A stretch of DNA of 64,000 bases from Camelus dromedarius (taxonomy: Eukaryota): contig NC_087451.1 of NCBI RefSeq assembly GCF_036321535.1, forward strand, positions 19,654,001 to 19,718,000. Direction: 5' to 3'. A model generated the notes under the pieces. The model ran no database searches. It worked only from the letters and a program-made list of their open reading frames with translations, and was not told where the DNA came from. Below, piece after piece: positions 45,601-59,215 of this stretch (its first letter is position 1; the number at the start of each line of letters is the position of its first letter). The position numbers were made by a program, and so were the translations under genes.

Positions 45601-48600
45601 CTGATTACAATCATTTCAAAACAGTAACATGCTGGGAAAAATCAGGTATGAAACAATTTCCATCTGACACTGACATCATTCCTCTAGGAGCTAAATCACA
45701 TTTAAGGAACACCCACTGTAGCAGAGCATGGACTCTTCATCCAACCCAACCACGCCAGAGGGAGAGAGAGCAGTGAAACTAGCTGGAGACGCTGGTGGAC
45801 ATTTACTTGCCACTGAGCAGGTCAGTCAACGAGGTTTCAGGCAGTGCCCTGTTAATACCCAGCACCTCTGGGATGTCCTGGGGGCTCTCCAGTTCCAGGC
45901 GCCACTCATCCTGGACAGTGAGGCAGGACGCACAGCCAGCCAGCTCCAGAGGACGCTGCGATATGCAGGATGAGCCACCCTCCTCCAACAACATTGGTGT
46001 CTGCTGGGAAATGGGAAGACGATTGTCTCTGAGTCTGTCCTGGTCCAGAGAGAGGTTCATAATATACTATGACCCAGTTTTGTTTTCTCTCTAGAGCCTG
46101 AAGGAAGTGATGTACACACAGATAGACCTTCTATTTGACCTAGATCCACCCTTCTTCTAGGAGGCCTAGAACTTCCTCCCCAGACCCCAAGCCACAAAAA
46201 GCTTTCTGGGGAGGGGCATAGTGAAACAGGACACTCACGAGAGGGCCAGGAGCCACGAGTCGGTATACTTGCCCTGGATGCAAGAACTCAAACCAGCGGA
46301 CTGAGGAGCCAAGGAAGATGAGGAGAACCTGATGGGGAGAGCAAGGTCCTTAGACAGGAGCCAGGGCACAGGAGCTCAGGTTCTTGGTCCCAGGTCCCAG
46401 TTTACCTTCTGATCCACGTTTTCATCTTCCATGGGCTCTGGTGGGCCCCACCCAGTTCCCTCCTTCCTCTGAGTGCCCCTAAGCCAGTTCCCTGAAACAT
46501 GGAAACTGAGGGTAGGCTTGGGCACCTCCGAACTGGCTCTTGGGGGGACACAAAAGTTCCTCTTCATCAGTGCCTCCTTGTGGGATAGCAAGAACAGCCG
46601 GCTATGTCCTCCGTGGGGACCCTCTGGGAGGGAGGGCTCTGCCTGAGGAGGTGTTGAGGAGCTGGCTGAGTGAAAGAAAGGTCTGGGCACAGACAGGATC
46701 AGGGCATCGGCCAGAAAGAACTGGACATAGACTCTGTTGGGAGAGACAAGGAATAGGTTTCTTAGTGACACACGCATTGGGTGCCATGGGCACCAGTGTT
46801 CCACCACCTGCACCGGGCCCTTGCCCTTGCCCTTGCCCTCGCCCTCAGAGACTAAAAGCACAGCCACCTCCCTGAGGACCAACCTGGCCTGCTGTTTCTG
46901 GATGAAGCCTGTCATGCTCAGCTCCTTCCAGGAAGGGAAGTTGCTTCTGACAGTCCTTTCTATGACCAACTGGAACCTCTCTGCCCGCACCAGGCAGCCT
47001 GGAGGAAGAAAGTTTTCTATTTTGGCAAGAGGAGAGGATTGTGGGAAGGGCAGTGAAGCAGACCACCCTGCAGGTCTTACTGTCCAACACAGGCCAGAGC
47101 TGCTCCCCTAACACAATGTGAAGGCCCAGGCCTGACTCCCACCTTGAAGGAGCAATACTCCAAGGGAGAAACCATTCTATCTGCATGTCTAGTCCTGCCT
47201 CTGGCTTCCTGTGCTGAGAGGCCTTGATTCTACTTTCTCATAAATCCCTAAAATGCCTGTTCCTAGATCTGAGAAACTTTCCTCTCCAGGGTTTCCCTGC
47301 CTCCAAACCTCAATGAGCCCAAATACGACCATGACTCTTCCAAACTAAGAATGTAAGAAATGGAAGTTGTCACCCTGGTGCATTTTAGGAGCTACAGAGG
47401 GAGAACTTAACCCTCCCAAGCCCCTCCATCCTGGGAACCTCTACCCCACCACCATCTTCCCTCAACCTCTGAACTCCAAACCTATGAGCCTGGGGTCAGT
47501 GAGGGGTTGCGAGGGGTCGGCCAGGAGGAGGCATAAGAGGGAACCACTTTGGTCCTGAAGTTTCAGACAACCTTTACGAGAAGAAGGTGCCAGAACACCA
47601 AGTAGAACCTGCAAGGAGATGAAGGCAGAGGCGTCAAGTTTTATTAAACAAATATACTGATCATCTACATGCCAGGCACTGTGTTAACTGTTAGTTACAA
47701 ATTGAACCAAAAAAACATGGTCTCTGACCTCAAAGAATTTATATTCAAGTGAGAAAGACAGATGTGAAAAAAAACACACGTGCATCCATTTACTAGCTGG
47801 AGAGAAAGTATACAAATGGAGGTTAGAGGCAGGAAACCATGTAAGCCCTCATAGGACACAATAAGGAGTTCTGGTTTTATATGCACTGGGAGAAATAAGA
47901 GAAGGATGGAATGATTAATTGATTGATTGATTTAATTTATTTTTGATGGCTGCTTGGAGTTTATTTTCTACTTGGTGCAAGAGAAGGATTGAAATTAAGA
48001 ATTTTGTAATCCAACTGAACATTTCACCTGATCCCTTTCTAGTTGCTGCAGGGATAATGGATTGGAAGGGGCCAAGAATAGATGGAGTGGTCTAGTTAGA
48101 AGGTTAGTGCTGTCAAAATGACAAGAAAGGACTATGGTAGTGACAGTGAAAATGGAACAAAAAAAGCCCCCTGAGCCCTGTTGGAGCCCCACTTACCGGG
48201 GCTGGGTGGAAGGCAGAGGGCAGCAGACAGAGCCAGGACCAGGCCAGGCGCTGATTGAGTTCGCAGCTGGGCAGATGAGAAGCCTCTGGGAGGGGCAGAA
48301 GGGTCTTAGGGTCAAAGGAGTCCCAGGCCCTGCACTCCCCTTCCTTTTTCAGGGCGGCCAGAGTAGGGAAAGAGCAGGGGGTCTGCAGCCGAGCATACTG
48401 TCAGAGAGAGAAGAGAGATCAGGTTACACTTCCCCTGTGCCCTGGGTGTCCCCCCAGGGCATTACCTCTGCTGCCCTCTTTCTGCCACATCCTCCTACCT
48501 TCTGGAGTGGACAGTGATGTGGCTCTTCAAGGATCTCGTTTTGTGGATTCCGACTAGGGCAGCAGGGTGGAATGAGAACCTCCAAGGTAGGGGCAAGGAT

Positions 48601-51600
48601 CTGTAGTCCCAGGCTGGGGCTCCCGGGAGAGGAATGCTGCAGGAACTGGTGGTGTCTCAGCATGTGGGGACACAGCCTTGGCCAGGGAAAACAGCTGAGT
48701 CACTTCCCCAAAGACCCTGTCTCTTCCAGAATCCGGCTTCCCTTACTGAGGAAGTGTCCCACTCCCACCACCCCCACAGCCCAGACCCTCGTCCTCCTCA
48801 CTTGCTGGCCAGCTCCTCCAGGGCCCTGGTGGCCCACAGGTAGAGGGGAAGTCCTAACTGATGTTCCCACACCAGCTGCTCATACAGGGAGGCCCCCTGG
48901 GCTCGGTGGGAAGACTGAGTCTCAGGCATCTGACGAGAGAAGCCCCGAAGCAGAACGGCGCCACGGAGGCAGGAGGCCAGCACAGGCCTTCCTGTCCCTC
49001 CGCCCACTGACTGCAGGAGGTGAACATCCTGGAGCTGGGGAGGCAGAAAAAGTGAAAAAGCAAAGGTGAAGCCCCCAGCTCAATGACCCCAGGCAGAGTT
49101 AAATGCAGTTTTCCACTGCCTGGGTTCCAGGAGAAATATAATTTCTCCTTTACAGGTTATTTCCCTCCAGCCTCTATGTTTCACCTTCCATCACAACCCA
49201 CTACCCTGCAGTAAAGGCTTCATCTCCCAGGAGCTCCACTCAGTCTTTGTGGAGGCCAGGGGACTCCTGGCCAGTGTGGCCTTGGCTGTTCATCAGGCTG
49301 CCTGAAACGGTCCTGGCTCTAAACCTGTGCTTCAGTTCCTGCAGCTCCTCCTCCGGTTAAGGTCCTCTGGAAAGGAGATGCTCTGGACCCAACTGCTCCT
49401 CCCAGAGCACCAGTCTCTACTCCTTTCTGATCTGAACTCTCATCCAAATCATTCCTAACAAAAGCACCACCCTACTCCAACACACATTTATTATTTTTAT
49501 AATTCTGCTGTAGAGGTATCAACCTGCTGCAAAAAAAGGCCAGACCACAAAGGTTAAGTGAAGCTACTAAAAGGGTCTCTTTTTGTCACCAGATGTGACC
49601 CCTCACATACCTCCAGACGGACACCTGGTCGCACTACTCGCCTGAGGCCATGGAGATGCTGGTAGGCAAGGCAGAGCCCCAGCTGCCCGTCCAGCTCATA
49701 GAGGCCCGCAGGCCGATTCAGCACGTCAGTGATTGTTCCCTGCAAAGAAATCAAAGGGCCAGTTGATCCCTATTCCTCCTCTTTGAAGAACCCACATTTC
49801 CTGCTCCTTCAGCTCAAGGATCTCTCCCTTATGCTCACCGTGTATGATAAGAGTCTGGAGTCCCGAACAAGACCTTCTGGACCCTTCTTGTCTTGGGGGT
49901 TGCATGGTATGGGTGGTGGTGAGGGGTCAGCCTCTAAGAGGGGCCCATCCAGCTCCAGTTCCAGCTCTTGAACACATTCTGGTTTCAACGGCAACAGCTG
50001 GGAGGAGGGACCGGTCATCCAAATCCAGTAACGGTGACCACGGAGCTTGGACACTCGCAGCTCTGTCAGCACATAGGCCCTACCAGGCCAAAGGGCTCGA
50101 TGCCACACCAGCTGGGCAGGGACCTGGCTTGTGCGGAGGCGGGAAACATGACACGTGAGATGCCCCCATGATGCTGCCCCTCTGCCAGAGCCCCTGCCCA
50201 TCATGATGTGACCTCAGGGACCTGCTCCTCAAGAGCCTTTCCTTGACTCTTCATCTTCCTTGTTTGCCAATTAAGTCTTAAGCCATAGAATTTTCAGGAT
50301 CTCTCCCCTCTCATAGGAGATGGCAAATGTTTCCTAATCCCTCCCCCAAGATACAAAGCATCCCTAAAACTTCCTCCAAAATATATAAATATTACATTCA
50401 GAAAATTTTGCCCTTTTTGCATTTCCCCATCCTACTCCATAACATACAAACAACTTTCACTTATTTAATCAATAAGTACACCATTAGGTACGTATCCAGT
50501 TAAGGGAAATATAATAGACAGTTCTCTCTACTCCAACTTATTTCAAACCACTGGGAAACACAGACACAAACCCAAGTAATAACATGGAGACACATATAAA
50601 CAAGTGGCAAAAACAATACACATTTGGGAAGGTTTTAGAGAAAGAAAGAGACGGTTGGGATGGGTTAGAATGATCAGGAACGCCGAGTGAAAGAAGTGGA
50701 ACTTGCCAGGGTCCTGAAAGCCATCTCTGGTTTGCTGAAGTGGAGAGGAGACAGAAGGGTGATTTAAGCAGGAGGCAACCACACAGAACTATTCAGAACT
50801 CAGAATAAGCAAGGGAGTGAAAACCTTGGCCAGGATGGAGGGGGAACGTTCTTGGGAGTTGCAGGAGACCGGATGGAAAAGCCAAGATGTCGGGGGGAAA
50901 AACCCAGAAATAACATGCCGAAGACTTTTAATGTGTCAGAAAATAAGAAACATCCAAGTGGGAAAATAAAAATAAATAACTAACAGCAGAGGATATCATA
51001 TGGACTGGAGAAGGGTGGTTGTTGAAGAAATTTAAGCAGAAGGGAAAAAGCTACATGGATGGCACTGTTAGTAAATGTAACAATCTCCTACCGCATGCTC
51101 CTCTAACGGGTAACAGAGCGCTGCTGCCCTTCTTAGGGGCTTCAAAACACACCGAGATTCAGGATGCTTGAACTTCATAGTCCCTGGGCTCAGCTTCACA
51201 GATTCCCATTTCTATTCTAAAACCAGTTAATAATGGTCTGACCGAACACATGAATGAATGAACACTGGTGCTTCTGTTCCCCCCTGCTCCCCCTACGCTC
51301 ACTAGACTTTCTCTAACCTCTCACTAGGACCTCCCAATATTGCAGTTGCTTCTCCTTTATTCAGACATTGAGGTCCTTCCCTTCCTCCATCCAAATGCTA
51401 GTCTCTAAACACCTATCCCCTAAATCCTGCCATTTTTTACCCACCCTTCACCTCGAGTCTACTGCATCACAGCCCTGTTTTCTCAACTCTTCTCCTAATG
51501 CAAAAACCCTACTGAGGAAGGATTCTTGCCTTAGAAGACACTCTGTGACGCCCCAGGGCCAAACATTGATGCTAAACTTCAACTGGGCCTCTGGCACTGC

Positions 51601-54600
51601 TTAGTGACCTCTCATCCTCAACGCCTAGCACAGCAGTTACCCTGAACCTTTACTCCTCTTTTCAGAGTCCAGTCTTTCAAGAGATGACCACACTCCTCTA
51701 TCACAGAAAGATTCACTGGGGTCATCTAAGGTGACAGTACGTCTCCAATGTGTCTCTTCCACAGCCTATAAACATAGCAAGATCTCTCCTCCCCTGACCA
51801 AGCTTATTCCAAAGCCCACCTCTGCACCCTCACAGTGCCTCGAGCAGATACTTATATCTACCGCAGCACTATGATCCTGAACAGTAATTACTGACTCACT
51901 CAACTGGTTGAGAGCTTCTGCAGGACAAGAGCCATTATCTTATTCAGTTTTGTGCCTCTGAACTGACCAAAGTGCCTGGCATATAGCACATACTCAGTAA
52001 AGGCTGAATCCTGGGACAGGTGAATCTCTATTCCCAGATACCTTTCCTTCTCTTCCAGTCATTCAAATCCTATCCATCCTTCAAGAACCAGATCAAGTCT
52101 GAACTCCCTCATAAGGCTTCTGTCCACATAATAAATTCTAGCTAACCTGCTATAGCAGTTACAACTGTACCATCTTGGAACTTACACACTGCTTTGTATT
52201 ATTCTACTTATTTTATGAATCAAAACGATATAGAAATTACGATAAGATTATAAACTACCCAAAAGGCTTTCACTACTTTAGCTGCCCTGTAGGAATTCAA
52301 GTGCATTTCAGAGACTTCTCCCTTGACATAGAACATGAATGAGTCAACCCTACCATGCACAGAATTTTTAAATGCTCCAGATGACTTAAAACATTCTAAT
52401 GTAAACAATATACATAAGCTCCAATTTAACCCAGGAAGAAAAAACAAGATGGGGCATTTGGGTGATTTCTAAGCATTTTTAGTTTCTTTACATTCTAATC
52501 ACTGTTATTCCAGCTCATGACACACATAGACACAGGTAAGAATTGTTATAGTGCTAATAAATTTCATAGTTTCCTTTTTTGCTATGCACGTCTGAGAGCC
52601 TTTTCATCTTTTGTTTTAAATGCTTCTAAAACACTATGCAGATAATTTTGTATAAGTCACCGAACAATAATCAGTGTAAAAACGAATGACTTTAAAATCC
52701 TACCAGCTGATGTAAAAAGACTCAACGAGTACCAGGTTTTGTTTTTTTTTTAAGTACATGTATTCTATGTTTTAATGGTGTTAAGATAAACACTTTCCTT
52801 GGTCATTCTTCTAATGCAGGGGAAAAACAAATGACGCTGGCAGTTTTTCAAAATGGGACACACAATACGAAAGTTGTCTACTCGAATGAACTGCACAGTA
52901 GGGACATCTACTTCCTTCCTCCTGCACACAGGGAGGCTGTCACCTGGCCTCTTCCCTCAACAGCACTGTGCCAGAAACAGGTCTCCCCAGTTGCCCTCCT
53001 TTCCTACACGGGTCCTCCTATGGTGTTATCTTTCCTATTAAGAGTTTGTACACCCCTTCCACATCTCCACACCCCTGAGTTGACCCTAATCCTCACCTGC
53101 ACAATGACAGACACATGGCTGCCAGCTGGGGACGAGCCACCGAGAGACAGGACGAAGTAGGCTCTCTTTTGACTTTTCACCAGAGCGCTCAATCGAACCA
53201 GCGTCCCAGCAAGGTTTGGCTGCACATCTCTGCACTTGCTTCTAAAAAAGGTAGAGGGAAGAGAGAAAGAAGTCATTTTTATTTCTCTTCTTTTTCTCTA
53301 CAAATGCCTTCTCTTCCACTATAATCTAGTAGCGACACTGATGTAAAATTTCCCAACCCAAAGCTGTTATTCTAAAAACCTCCTTCAAACTCTACTTGCC
53401 CTCAGATAAGGCACATTTCTCTCAAAGAATCCTGCTCTTAACTTTCTGAGAGGCCCCCTCGTTCCCCTCATTTGGAAATATTCCATCTCTATTACTCTCA
53501 ATACCTTTCTTTCCCTTCTTCCACTGACCCACCACCATCCTCCCAGTATCACGGTGCTCTGTCCTCCCCTAGATGGAAGAATTACCTGTGCCTGAGCAGG
53601 CGAGAAGCAGTCTCTGGGTAGAGAACAGGAATGGGAGTGAGAGGGCCAGGACTGATGGTCAAGGGAAACACTGGCACCGGAGCACCCCAGAGCTCCAAGT
53701 GCCCTTCTCCGGAGGACTTTATTGTAGGAGGGAGGTAACTCCAACTGGGGAACAGGAAGAGGTGGCCCAACCAAGAAAGGTCCAGATCTATGAGCTAGAA
53801 AAGACCAAGGGCAAGGGTTAATCAGGACCCTTGGATCCAATCTGCCCCATTCCATCTTTGCTCCCTCAGGGACTTAACTGCCTTGCTCCCCAGACACCAT
53901 TCTTATTAGGATCTGAGGCATCTTACTCAGGGAATAGGCCCTCTTCCTACTCACCTCACAGCCCAGGGTACCAGTGTTATCTCTTATGTAGAGGCTTCCA
54001 TTCCTGCACTCATGTTCCAAGTCCCCTGATCGGTCTGTTAGTGTCCCTACAAGTAACAGCTGCTCCTGGGGTAGGAGGACTCCATGTGGTCCAGCTTCCT
54101 GGGCCCAATCCTGGTATGCAGTGCTGCTCCAGGACAAGTGACTGCAGCACGGGAGATGCTGTTGGGTCCTGAGGTCCTTTACTGAGACAAAGCTGCAGAG
54201 TGAAGGGAACAGAGGTTCTGTAAAGCCAGGTTCTGTAAGGCCTAGAAGTTTATCCTCAACCCCAACAAATCCCCCAAGATCCCAAGGAAAGGTCAATGGG
54301 GACATGGACTAAGAGAGAAGTCTGATTGATTAACAAGGAAAAAGTTGGGAATGAGGGTCCAAGAAAATAGGGACAAGGTCTGGGTCCAAAGTCAGGGTAG
54401 TACCTAGGGAAGGCAGGAAGAAGGTCTGTGCTGAATGGTATCTTGAACAAAAGACAGTGCCACAGAGAGGACCCAGAGAAATGAAGTAGGAGTGTCAGAG
54501 GGGCCTGAGGAGATGAGCTTGTGGGGAGAAGCTTTCAGAGATAACAAAGTGCTCCTCTGACAGCATCTCAGCTTTTAGCTCCACAGAGAATTCCCATGGG

Positions 54601-57600
54601 GGCACTAAGGCATCTGCTAATGCCTCCACCTCACTGGCCCCAGCCAGGCTTCCTCCCTAGGCTAGAACATTACATTACTAGAGACGGGCTGGGAATCCGA
54701 GACTGAGGTGGGAGTTGGCTCAAGAGTTCCCAAATCTCAAGAGATGCTTGAGATCAGCCACTCTTAAGCAAAGTGCTATAACACTGCTGAGTCACTAACA
54801 ATTGTGGGGTATATCACAGACACTGTGATGTGACAGTTAACTAATCAAAGCTGTGATATATTTGCATTTTTGTAATGCCATTATTCCACTTACTTACATT
54901 CCCATGATTTTTTCAGTGGAAAAGAAGCAAGATAAGGTTATGAACCATCACAATTTATCCCCCTTGTTGTACTCATGAACATAATCCACGTATGAGTATT
55001 AAAATCAGGAATGCCATTCTGATGGCCCACTCCCCTTCTGCATCTGCTTCATTCTTTCACGATGGTTTCAGAGCAGATAGAAAGCAAAGACTGAAACTAA
55101 CCTGCATTGAGTGCCTGCCATGCACATACTATATTGGGTCCATTCATGCTCAATACTGCATGGAATCATCACTAAAAAAGAAACATGTAAACACCACCAA
55201 TGAGGAAATTCAGAGAGGTTCAGGTACATGGTGGTGTAGCTGGCAAAGCCAGGTGTGTCTCACACAAAAGTCCATGTTCTTTCTGTCTTTCCCTACTTCC
55301 CCAAAAGCCCAGGAAAAAGCAACTGGAGAAAACTGTTCATTTACCCCAGGCACCAACAAAACAGAAAACAGTAAGGACAGGGGTCACTTTTCTCAGACTC
55401 TTCAGGGTCTGGGTCCAGAACCTGAAAGTGATAACCTCAAATCTTTTACATTGGTCATTGCCCTCCAGCTGTCAAGGCCCACCATGGTGCCTGGCACACA
55501 GCAGGCATTCAATGAAGGGAAATGGAAGAATGAATGAATAAAATATTTATATCTGTCAAATAATTTCTACTTTATCCTCACCACCATCTTTATGGACACT
55601 TCACTTCTAAAACATTGTGTTATCAATTTTATATTTATCTTGAAGAATAACAAGAAACATAAAAAGGTTCCAAGTTTCCTAAAAGTTACTAACTTTTCAC
55701 TTTTCAATTATTCTTTTCAATTTTCCATTATTATTGGGAAATAACAAATTAAACAAAGCTGAACAGATTTCTACCTTTTTTATTCTTTAAAGGATAAAGT
55801 GATATGTATACTCATATAATAGAATACCATAGAGTAGTTTAAATAAATGAGCTAGAATTATCAATGTGAATAAATCTCAGAAGCACGAAAAGCAAACTGC
55901 AGACACTATATGAGGTATGGTACCATTTATACAAAGTCTAAGGATCTGCAAAACTACTATATATTGCTTAGGGATAGATGTGTGTATAGAAAAAAACATA
56001 AAGCTATTCACAAGAATGATACACCACATATTCCACATAGTGGTTACTTCTACGAGAAGGTAAACAGGTTTCTTTCTGCAGGACTCTTCACAGACTTTAT
56101 TTAACATGTTAACAAGCCCCATGACTCTGCTAGAGAAGGTTATCATATCCAAAGTCTCTCAAACTTACTTGGTCATGAAAACCTTTACTTGTAGTACTTT
56201 ATTAACACTGCCTAGAACAGTTTAGGAAATGGTAGTGTCGTGTGAAAAATAAACAAAAACACTTTCAGAAGACCTCAAACTCAGATGCACTTGGAGAAGT
56301 CACTGTCTGTATCTTAGTTTCCTAATTCACAAAATGAAATAATATCAGCCTCTCCCCTCCACTTTGAGTTATTTTTCCAGATTTTCTTTCTGTCTTCTCA
56401 CCTTCTCCCTCCTTGTCTCTAAACTTGACTTGAGCCAATTAAGGAGATCTATAGGAAAAAGAAAGCAGCTTGATGGAGAACAGGAAAGACGGGCAGAAGT
56501 GGGTTTTGTTTAGACCACCTCTTTCTCCTCTTAGCAAGTTTCCCCTCACTCATCTCACTTCCCCCCTTTTAAACTATAGGCCCTTTCTTTTCAATCCCAA
56601 ATTTAACTTTCCCCTGAGCCCCACCTCTCCTTACCTGTAGCTGAGAGGTAGTGTAAAACCCTGGTTCCTTCCCTGAGACAAGCAGACAGTCTTCACACAG
56701 TCGATTACCAACTCAGTCAACTGGACATCACGCTCCTTGGCAGGCGCACACAGGGTCTCTTGGATGAAAGCCTGGGCAGCCTCAAGCCAGGCTTGTTCCT
56801 GAGGAAAGTGAAGCCAGTTCAAACACCTTCCTGATCATCCTGCCCACCACGGAGATTTGGGGAAGAATAAAGGAATATTTTTTAAAGAGGTAACTTAAAT
56901 AAAGTTTAGAGCTTGAAGAAACCTCAGAAGTCTTAGTCCAGCCAGCCAATCAACTTAGACAACTGGCCATCCAGCTTTGGCCTTGTCTCTTTCTTTAACA
57001 AATCTGTACCAACCCTTAAAGCACTCAGAATAAATATATCCTGTGAACCCTTCTCTGACCATCTCAGGCAGAATGCTGCTCCCTTACTGGCGCTCCCACA
57101 GTACCTTGCACACACCTCTATTAAGAGCAGTGTTGAAGAATTAAAATTTTGTTACTGGGAAAGAAACAGGGAAATGTAAACAGCAACCATCAATGTTTTC
57201 CCATTCAGTAAACATAAAGTAGTTTTAGAAAGTGGTTCAATCTGGAATAGCTAAGAGACAATTTAAAACTCATTATGAAGAACATAATGCTTATACTGTG
57301 TGAAATAAATTTAAATGGCAAACTCCAACCAAATTGGGGGAAAAAAAAAAAAAGAGCAATGATCACCAGATACAATGGTATACCATCTTATATGGGGTCT
57401 GAGTCCAAAACCAGCAATTTGAAAAACAAGACTGGCCAAAATCACTCTTTAAAAAGAATCCTTTACATTGCTCATAAAGAACAGTACATAATACAATATA
57501 GTAATATGTATTTGGAAGTGTAAAGTAAATGTGCCTAATAATAGACATTACATAAAAATGACATAGGCAGAGTATAATTTTTAATCATCCTCCCTCTTTT

Positions 57601-59148
57601 TTTAGTGAAGTGTATACATCTGAGTTCCTGTAAGCTAAATATATATAAGATACAGTCCCACTGGAATTGTTTCCTGTTCTGTCTCTGTAGCTAGGACGTG
57701 GGCTTCCTAAGGAGGACATGAACCATCTTTGTATATGTGCAGATTCTAAGCACATAGTTGCTTCTCTATATAGATAATTCTAGGGAAGAGGACCAGTTTG
57801 GCCTACTCCCTGTGCTATGTAGCTTTATTTTAAAATTCCAACAGTTCAACAATACTTAGGGGTAGGACCTTTATCCTTCTTGATACCCAGTAATAATTTT
57901 AAACCATTACAGCTCTATCCCTGTTCCTCCAGTGCAATCCCAGGGTAAAGGGAGCTGGGGTGGAAGTTGGTGCCAGAGTGTGTATTGAACTTGGGTCTTG
58001 TGTACAGATAGGAAGAGGTTTAAAAAGACATTCACATTTCAGGGTAGAACTACTTGGTTGAGGGTGCTATTTGCTAAGTTGGTGAACACTGCAAGAGGGT
58101 TTCTGTGAAAAGCTCAGTGTTTGGCATGTGTGGTGCCTGTAGGTTGGCCAGGTGGAGACTCTGCAAAGCAGATGGATACAACTAGAGCTCAGGAGAGAGA
58201 TCTCAGCTTAAGTAGAGATTTAGGAAAAATCAGCATTTATTGCTGGCTATTAAAGCCATCCAGTGGACAAGGCTGAGGAGAAAGTGTATAGTGTCCTCAA
58301 ACTTCAGCCTGTATCAGTATTAACCTGGGGAGCTTACTTAGTTTAGATTCTATCACCTTAATGTTTCTACTCTGTCTTGTCCTCATTGCTGAACGTCAAC
58401 ATTGCTGCCATGGTCGGGGTCACAATCATCTCTCACTACGTTTCAACCACAGCTTTCAAACTCATACCCTCTGTCTCCTCTCTGTAATGTTACTTCTGGA
58501 AATGACAACAAATCTCATTGAATTACTCTTCCGCTTAAAACTCTTCACTAATTCCCAATAATCCTCAGGTTGAAGCCACTGCGTAGCAACATTTGCCAGA
58601 CTGTCAGCTCTGACCCCTCCACCATCGACCAACTGAACTTTTTGAGTTTTTCAAAGACACTTGCTCTATCTCTTGCCTTTGAACATGTTTTTGCCTCCAC
58701 CTTGAAGCTTCTTTTAGCGCTTTCTCCCCCCACCCCCCACCCCTTGCTAACTCCTGCACGCACTTCGGGTCTCAGAAGCTTTTCCCGATTATATGTTACA
58801 CCTGCGTCACCGATCTCCCCCAGGAACCCACAGCCCCACAGTTCGCCATTAGTTTGCTCCTGGCTTCCCATTGGGCTTGAAGCCTACAAAGCGGATGAAG
58901 ACGTGTTTAAGGCTTACAGCCGGCGCCACAGGCATGAAGGAAAAATATATTAGCAGAACCAGTGAGAAGGGTGGGACAGACAGCCTCACAGCTCCCCTCT
59001 CGCCCGGGCGCGGCCTGCAAAGTCAGGGAGGCAAAGAGGCAAGGTGGACGTTACAGGAGAAGAAAATCTGAGACAGACAAGAAAAAAAGGAGGAGGGACG
59101 GAGAACAGCACTCACTGTGGCAAGAGCCTCAGCCCGGGAGGCAGCCAT
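42621..59148 (-). CDS. CTC1: CST complex subunit CTC1, 23 coding exons, about 1206 aa
   Basis: Exons 59148-59116, 56798-56635, 54192-53955, 53794-53586, 53241-53097, 50123-49839, 49739-49611, 49034-48802, 48676-48499, 48397-48197, 47608-47482, 46998-46884, 46733-46406, 46328-46239, 46000-45807, 44993-44932, 44839-44665, 44360-44283, 43850-43706, 43614-43550, 43310-43145, 43031-42905, 42754-42621. All GT-AG, total 3621 nt in frame. Peptides [52 protein letters not shown]. Confidence 0.96.
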
Positions 59149-59207
59149 GACGCACGGAGACTCCGCCCCTGGAAAGCGCGCCGAGAGCTCGGGGGAGCGC
59201 GGGTCGC

Positions 59208-59215
59208 TGACGTCA
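59208..59215. promoter_or_regulatory. CRE palindrome in CTC1 CpG-island promoter
   Basis: TGACGTCA 60 nt upstream of the CTC1 ATG, flanked by GC boxes. Confidence 0.7.
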
